Assembly (NCBI GenBank): GCA_030149205.1 | Contig: JASBSB010000006.1 | Location: 540,001-572,000 of the forward strand | Origin: Candidatus Heimdallarchaeota archaeon | GTDB taxonomy: Archaea > Asgardarchaeota > Heimdallarchaeia > Heimdallarchaeales > Kariarchaeaceae | Length of the DNA stretch: 32,000 bases | Direction of reading: 5' to 3' | Part shown: positions 26,938 through 32,000 of the stretch, piece by piece | Layout: every line of letters starts with the position of its first letter | How positions within the stretch are numbered: position 1 is the first letter of the stretch | Position numbers and translations under genes: made by a program | The notes under the pieces: generated by a model | Databases searched by the model: none | Seen by the model: the letters and a program-made list of their open reading frames with translations, nothing else | What the model was told of the DNA's origin: nothing

Positions 26938-27672
26938 GTGTGCTTCTATAATTATATGCAAACAGCTAATATGAACTTAAAGAAATCAAAACGAGGAGGA
27001 AATGATAATAAAAAAATTTTAAATTATGTACTTATATTTAATATTTTTATGTCCTTTATGATATCTGCCTTTGCAGGATCCAATTTCTTTTTGTATATCT
27101 TATTAGCTTCAAGCTTCGTTCCGCTGTTTGCAATATTCTATTATGCTTTATCAGTTAATATTTTTCACAATGGCGATGAAGAAAATCATTTTTCCAAGAA
27201 GAAAATAAATTTTACTCTTAACAAACTCATACAATCCATGATTATCTTTCTTATTGTATTTTTATTAGTAACACGACTACCTTTTATAAATTCAAATATA
27301 GTTTTCACTCCTTTGGGGTCTCCATTTGAATTGGGATTGCTTTTAATGCTCACATTATTAAATATATTATCTAGCATTCCCACTATTGTAATCATGTTCT
27401 CATGTTGGATAATAGTGAAAAACTTTGATTACAAAACACAACGTGTTAATGTGGACGATAAGAAAGCATTGAAAGGGTTGATTATATTTGGTAGTTTTTA
27501 TTTTTTGAAATTTATATTTGAAACCATTTATGCAAATGATGTATTAGAAAAGGATTTACAAGGGATCGAATTTCTTAAAGGTAATGCTTACATTCTCTTG
27601 ATCCTTGATTTAACATTAACCATAATTTACTTTATTTTCTTTATTCCCTTGTTTAAGAAGAAGCAATTTTAA
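26938..27672 (+). CDS. Hypothetical polytopic membrane protein (about 6 TM), very AT-rich; start uncertain
   Basis: 244-codon ORF dominated by Phe/Ile/Leu segments. The GTG start is uncertain and downstream ATGs are available. Confidence 0.65.
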   Translation: MCFYNYMQTANMNLKKSKRGGNDNKKILNYVLIFNIFMSFMISAFAGSNFFLYILLASSFVPLFAIFYYALSVNIFHNGDEENHFSKKKINFTLNKLIQSMIIFLIVFLLVTRLPFINSNIVFTPLGSPFELGLLLMLTLLNILSSIPTIVIMFSCWIIVKNFDYKTQRVNVDDKKALKGLIIFGSFYFLKFIFETIYANDVLEKDLQGIEFLKGNAYILLILDLTLTIIYFIFFIPLFKKKQF

Positions 27673-27814
27673 AGGGATTAGGTCGACTGCTTTGTAATTT
27701 CCTCTGAACTCTTCAACACCTTAAGATGAGTAAGGTAGTATAGAATTATGAACCCGTTCATGTGTGAATTACATTAGATTTGTTATCGCCCTTGATTATT
27801 TCTCATAAGAATAA

Positions 27815-28566
27815 CTAATGAATATTGACCTTCAATTCTTTCGAAATCCGTATCCATTCCACGTATCGTTTAATCCCCTCAGCTAAGCTTACCTCGGGAA
27901 CCCATCCAAGCGAGGAGAGTTTTGTTATATCTAGATTCATATAACGCACATCCCCCTTCCAACCTCTTTCCCCACCTGTGTATATACGCTTCACTTTATC
28001 CTCACCAAACAATTCAACGATGAGCAGATTTGCAATATCATCCACTGTGTAAGTCTTTGGAAAAGCCATATTGAATGCTTCAAACTTTGACGAATTTCGC
28101 GAACCTGCGGTTAGGAATCCCTTAACACAATCATCAATATAAAGATAGGATTAATTTCTGGTTCCCCATATACGGTTCCTCCAGAGGCTGCAAATATAAC
28201 ATCTGAAATGTCTTGAGACCTTGCAAACTCAAGCATTTTCATTGAACCAACCACATTCTGCATAAAGTCAAAGTATGGTTTATTTACAGATATTTTAACA
28301 TCTGGTTGAGCTGCAAGGTGAACAAGGACATCATATTTGAATTCACTTACCTCCTTTCCCATATCTCCAGTGATATCAAGGTTATAATATTTTATCACAT
28401 CTTGCTCCAGATGATCTTTAATGTATCGGGTATCAGTATGTGCACTTTGATTGTCAACAATTACTAAATTTGAGACCCCTAAATCTAGTAGTTTGTCGAT
28501 CATATGGGAACCGATAAACCCTAATCCCCCAGATAAGAACACAGACTTGTTCTTAAAATAATTCAT
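27815..28566 (-). pseudogene. NAD-dependent epimerase/dehydratase (extended SDR, GalE-like), disrupted by an internal deletion with frameshift
   Basis: The 5' part from ATG 28566 has SGGLGFIGSH, HLAAQPDV and ASGGTVYGEPEINP, then runs out of frame. The 3' part, in another frame from 28150, reads SYLYIDDCVKG...AFNM...GWKGDVRYMNLDITKL..LGWVPEVSL. The intervening YxxxK catalytic segment is absent. Confidence 0.9.
27883..27906. repeat. 24-bp direct repeat, copy 2 (inside the epimerase 3' end)
   Basis: See 26814..26837. Confidence 0.85.
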
Positions 28567-28721
28567 ATGTTTATATGTAAAAAATTTTTTCGAAAAAAGT
28601 ATTAGTATTATCAAACATAGTTTTTATAAAAAGAACATTTATATATTGAATTTTTATTCATTTGGTTAACAAAAATTTCACACAAAAAAAATAAATTAAA
28701 TTGTTTTTAGAGATTTATAAG

Positions 28722-29591
28722 ATGGTGATTTTTTTTCAATGGTATTTATTAATATCCCTACTCCTTTTCCCATTATTCACAATTGCCTGGTATTTCAAAG
28801 TTAAATGGAGATCGTTTTCTGCCACTCCATTTAGTATAAAATTAAATATTTCTGAAATTAAGCTTAATGTCCCAATATATGGTCGTTTTTGGAAGTTTTT
28901 CGGAGATTTATCTTTTCGTATTTTTCGGAATTTGTCTATGTATCTGTTGATTTTTTTTGTTGTATGTGTTGGATTGTTAGATCTATTGAATAAATCCAAT
29001 GTTAACAATATAATTATGCAAGTTGTTCCATTGAATTTGGTCTTTTGGATAGTAATTTTGATAATTTTCATCCTATCACTCTTAATTCATGAAATCTCTC
29101 ATGTTTTGGTTGGATCAGTAAACGGCATTAAACCTACACACATCCATTTTATTTTCACACCACTTATACCAATATTTGGTTTGGCAATTGAATTTAAAGA
29201 CCCAGTCAAAGAGTTAGTAATAAAACATTATGATCTGTTAGAAGATTCGGATTTCAAAAACCTAACATATGATGAATTTTCTGTTTTGAAAAATTACCCA
29301 ACGAAACTAAACCAACTTGGTGCAATTTCAAGTGTAGGAGTTTTCTCAAATTTGATAATTTTTTTAATAGGCTGGATGTTTGCTACCACACATTTCGTAT
29401 TTCTGTTCATTGCGTTAATAAATGGGATAATTACCTTACTTAACTTATTACCCATCTATATTGTTGATGGATCTTCAATACTCAGATACTCAACATCTTT
29501 AAAAGGAGATGAAAATTTAATGAATCGATTAGAATGGTTAATCTATTTTATGACTATGTTAATCATAATTTTTTATCTTATGCCAAAGTAA
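28722..29591 (+). CDS. M50-family (site-2 protease) intramembrane zinc metalloprotease, catalytic motifs intact, no PDZ domain
   Basis: HEISH (29088-29102), ISSVGVFSN and NLLPIYIVDG (from 29442). The N-terminal PFSIKL...RFWKFFGD resembles archaeal/eukaryotic S2P. The ATG at 28722 is preferred. Confidence 0.88.
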   Translation: MVIFFQWYLLISLLLFPLFTIAWYFKVKWRSFSATPFSIKLNISEIKLNVPIYGRFWKFFGDLSFRIFRNLSMYLLIFFVVCVGLLDLLNKSNVNNIIMQVVPLNLVFWIVILIIFILSLLIHEISHVLVGSVNGIKPTHIHFIFTPLIPIFGLAIEFKDPVKELVIKHYDLLEDSDFKNLTYDEFSVLKNYPTKLNQLGAISSVGVFSNLIIFLIGWMFATTHFVFLFIALINGIITLLNLLPIYIVDGSSILRYSTSLKGDENLMNRLEWLIYFMTMLIIIFYLMPK

Positions 29592-29611
29592 CTCACATAA
29601 CACTAATAGCA

Positions 29612-30817
29612 TCATCTTACACGTAAAGTTATTGCTTTAGAATTATCTCCTAATCTCCACACCATAAATTGTTTATTCCTTTCACTCATTGTTTCAAATT
29701 CAATTGGTAGCTGGAAAACAACACTAAAAATCCATTGAAACTTAATTTCCAGCTGATTTTGAGACTGATAGAAAAATGAGGTGCCGAAAAGGTATGTGAG
29801 CCGAGATAATATAATTTCTTTGAATGCTTTGATTGCCATTATAAAAATATACAAAAATAGTGCAAGGAAGATAAGTGCAGTGATATAAGTAAGGAAATGA
29901 TTCGCCTTTATAAACATAGAATAAATAATCAGTGACAATAGAATCATTATTATGCTTACGAACCCAAATCTCAATATCAATTCAATAATTATGTAACTTG
30001 TTATTCTAATCTTTGGAATTACAACTCTTGAAATGATTTTGTCAGATTTGTTAAAACTTTCTACCTTTAAGACTTGGAAAGGCTCATAGATTCTTCCATT
30101 TTTAAAAAGTGTTGTACTTTCAAAAATAACCTGTTTCATCGGAAATATTTGTGATAGGAGGTTATATGTTCTTATCCCTTTAAACCATATTGGGATTAAA
30201 ATTAAATCAGTTTTTATTCCTTCTTCAACAAAAAATAAATTGTGAAATTTTTGTTCGTATACCCAAATAATGTTGAATGAAACTATATTCCTAGAAACAT
30301 ATATTTTTGACCCTTTTTTTAATTCATACCTTACCTTAAACTCACGTCTCCAAAGAAATTTATGTGTGGCATTTATTTGCAAACTATCTTCCTTATCTTT
30401 GATTGACAATAAACTTTCATAAGGTTCTTGAGCAATTATAAGTACAAGAAAACTAAAATAAGATCCACTAATACTAAAAGTAATGAATGAGAAGGACAGA
30501 TACAATGACCTGTTGACCAACAAGATGCCAATCACAATAATAGTCCCCAATAGCCCTCCATAACCCACCGCAAACTTATGTGAATAAAAACCCAAACCTG
30601 TTAAAGTATTAGGAAGAAAAAATAATATTAATAAGAACAGTAGTAAATTAAGAATAATCATTGAAATTTGCCAGTTTAGGTCTGTTAGGTTTAAAAATTG
30701 ATCTAATGCATATAATCCAGCACTTAAAGCTCCTAAATAAACTATAATTATAAACGACAGTAAAGAAACATGAAATGAATACCCTCTAAATAACTGAATT
30801 TTTTTTATTGTATCCAT
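29612..30817 (-). CDS. Hypothetical polytopic membrane protein (4 TM, soluble domain, 2 TM, soluble tail)
   Basis: 401-aa ORF; hydrophobicity pattern read by eye; no family recognised. Confidence 0.75.
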   Translation of the reverse strand: MDTIKKIQLFRGYSFHVSLLSFIIIVYLGALSAGLYALDQFLNLTDLNWQISMIILNLLLFLLILFFLPNTLTGLGFYSHKFAVGYGGLLGTIIVIGILLVNRSLYLSFSFITFSISGSYFSFLVLIIAQEPYESLLSIKDKEDSLQINATHKFLWRREFKVRYELKKGSKIYVSRNIVSFNIIWVYEQKFHNLFFVEEGIKTDLILIPIWFKGIRTYNLLSQIFPMKQVIFESTTLFKNGRIYEPFQVLKVESFNKSDKIISRVVIPKIRITSYIIIELILRFGFVSIIMILLSLIIYSMFIKANHFLTYITALIFLALFLYIFIMAIKAFKEIILSRLTYLFGTSFFYQSQNQLEIKFQWIFSVVFQLPIEFETMSERNKQFMVWRLGDNSKAITLRVR

Positions 30818-30857
30818 TTTTCCTATCTTTGAAATTTTATAGAACTTCTAATAAAAT

Positions 30858-30874
30858 TATTGTTTTAGGGGTGA
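30858..30874. repeat. Direct repeat TATTGnnTTAGGGG(G)TGA, copy 1
   Basis: TATTGTTTTAGGGGTGA here and TATTGAATTAGGGGGTGA at 31327..31344; G-rich in otherwise very AT-rich intergenic DNA. Confidence 0.6.
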
Positions 30875-31075
30875 ATAGTAGGAGGTTATCTCTCATTTAA
30901 GTGAATCAACATCTTTTTGTAGCCTATACCAAGGAGAAATGTAAGGGTGGAACAAATTTTGAATTTATAAAAAATTGCTTAATCAAATTTTGAAATTTTA
31001 GATTCTCTGATTTTTAGTTTTTAAATTCTGATATATTCTGATAAATTTTGAAACTTTTTTAATCTTAACAAATAT

Positions 31076-31228
31076 ATGTCATTATGGGAGATACTAGGTT
31101 GGGGTGCTTTAATAGTTGCTCTTGGTGCATTGGTGATAGCTTCAGCCCCTGTACAAGTAAATCCAGCAGTAAGTCTTATTTTTTGGATACTCTGGACGTA
31201 TGGTTTAGGTCAAGACCTATCTGATTGA
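31076..31228 (+). CDS. Unannotated 50-aa hydrophobic peptide (below the ORF-track cutoff)
   Basis: ATG 31076 to TGA 31228 gives MSLWEILGWGALIVALGALVIASAPVQVNPAVSLIFWILWTYGLGQDLSD. It is visibly more GC-rich than both flanks, fills the gap between two genes, and has two hydrophobic helices separated by a PVQVNP turn. Confidence 0.7.
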   Translation: MSLWEILGWGALIVALGALVIASAPVQVNPAVSLIFWILWTYGLGQDLSD

Positions 31229-31326
31229 CCCTAATCATTTTTATTACAATCGCAAATATAATTTTAGTTTAGCATACTATAACTAATTAATGAAAAAAAG
31301 GATTTTTGACATAAACTTAATTCGGA

Positions 31327-31344
31327 TATTGAATTAGGGGGTGA
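31327..31344. repeat. Direct repeat TATTGnnTTAGGGG(G)TGA, copy 2
   Basis: See 30858..30874; offset 469 bp. Confidence 0.6.
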
Positions 31345-31365
31345 GGACTAAAAGAATTTAGATTT

Positions 31366-31998
31366 TCATCCATTCTCAGTTTCTTTTAAAATTCTAGCAT
31401 ATTTCATAATATCAGCAGCGGCATTTCCCCACTCTTGTGTGTCCGCTGTTCCCTGATAAAATAAAACGATAGAATTTGCAAATGCGAATAAACCGGCTAG
31501 AGACCAGATGAAGGTAAGACTAAAAGCAATTAAAGTCAAAATCAAGCTGAATAATAGTCCTGAGCTAGAAACAGCACCTAATTGAAAAACCACGGATGGA
31601 TAATTCACAAGAAGGGATGACTCATCTTTTATTGGGTTTTTACTTTGATAATTTTCAGATAGACCATAGTGTTTTATCATCAAAGGTCTGACAATTTCCT
31701 TAAAAGATATGGTTGTCAAGAAGATTGGAAAAATTGGAACAATAAGGATCTTTAGTTCCTTGGTTTGTATGCCATTGGATAGGGCAAACAATAATTTACC
31801 AAGATCATGGCAGAATGAAGAGAAAAACAGAAAAAAAATAAAATAGATAAGGAAGGGTGATCCAAGGGGGTTAAGAAATTCCTGTAATTTGTCTGCGAAC
31901 CTTAAAATGAAGACTATGATAGCTCCTGATACAGCAAATAGTACAAGAGTAACTGACAACACATTATGTTTTAAAATTTTAAAGGACAGATTTCCAAT
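31366..31998 (-). CDS. Degenerate M50-like paralog (pseudo-protease); 5'-partial (frame is open to the window edge)
   Basis: Aligns with 28722..29591 (IGNLSFKI vs FGDLSFRI; KHYGLSE...KN...DE.S.L.NYP....QLGAVSS.G). HExxH is replaced by HDLGK (31795-31809) and NxxPxxxxDG is absent. Confidence 0.8.
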   Translation of the reverse strand: MGNLSFKILKHNVLSVTLVLFAVSGAIIVFILRFADKLQEFLNPLGSPFLIYFIFFLFFSSFCHDLGKLLFALSNGIQTKELKILIVPIFPIFLTTISFKEIVRPLMIKHYGLSENYQSKNPIKDESSLLVNYPSVVFQLGAVSSSGLLFSLILTLIAFSLTFIWSLAGLFAFANSIVLFYQGTADTQEWGNAAADIMKYARILKETENG

Positions 31999-32000
31999 TG

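Noticed and set aside
27748-27761. Palindrome ATGAAC-CC-GTTCAT between the membrane gene and the epimerase end
   Set aside because: Single 6-bp-arm palindrome with no second copy noticed; not enough to call a site.
27924-27945. GTTATAT-N8-ATATAAC as an archaeal dif (Xer) site
   Set aside because: Arm polarity is opposite to dif (ATAA-N6-TTAT), the spacer is 8 bp, it lies inside coding sequence, and 7-bp AT-rich arms arise by chance. Kept only as a side note to the duplication finding.
28069-28152. Programmed ribosomal frameshift joining the two epimerase ORFs
   Set aside because: A frameshift would give a protein lacking the YxxxK catalytic region. There is no slippery heptamer at the junction, so a deletion is the simpler explanation.
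15-29071. Many short ORF-track entries overlapping larger genes (e.g. 15..224, 264..491, 523..762, 3519..3737, 4019..4258, 4763..5068, 6749..7135, 8400..8642, 11836..12033, 14839..15054, 16233..16478, 16892..17215, 21571..21822, 23751..23999, 25059..25241, 27186..27395, 28736..29071)
   Set aside because: Antisense or alternative-frame shadows of well-supported genes; no recognisable motifs or start signals.
30901-30993. 30-codon GTG ORF after GGAGG containing KGG (double-glycine leader?)
   Set aside because: The spacing from the GGAGG is too long, it is AT-rich like non-coding DNA, and it has no convincing leader or core pattern.
1-32000. CRISPR array, insertion sequence/transposase, prophage or provirus genes
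   Set aside because: No regularly spaced repeat-spacer units, terminal inverted repeats with a transposase, or viral structural genes were seen on either strand.

Overview
Gene-dense, low-GC prokaryotic chromosomal window that is most likely from an Asgard archaeon (Heimdallarchaeia-like). This is inferred from an archaeal-type EF-2 paralog, a receptor with a cytoplasmic longin-like domain, an archaeal/eukaryote-type site-2 protease, kynureninase and GGTGA ribosome-binding sites. Bases 1-26650 hold mostly housekeeping and metabolic genes, many of bacterial type: an RNA m5C methyltransferase, SufE plus SseA, an acyl-CoA thioesterase, ThrA, a PLP decarboxylase, KynU, an HD dNTPase, a second rhodanese, an aldonolactone oxidase and an alanine-racemase-fold enzyme. 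They also hold two surface proteins, an orphan DNA methyltransferase and a possible dead tyrosine recombinase. Bases ~26650-32000 form a more AT-rich accessory segment. It contains an NAD-dependent epimerase pseudogene broken by a microhomology-bounded internal deletion, and a second decayed copy of that gene's 3' end 1069 bp away. It also contains the best candidate for a new system: an intact M50 intramembrane protease and a catalytically degenerate paralog facing each other around a multi-pass membrane gene and an unannotated 50-aa hydrophobic peptide gene bracketed by a direct repeat. No rRNA, tRNA, CRISPR array or transposase was recognised. All family assignments come from motif reading and recall; no database search was run.
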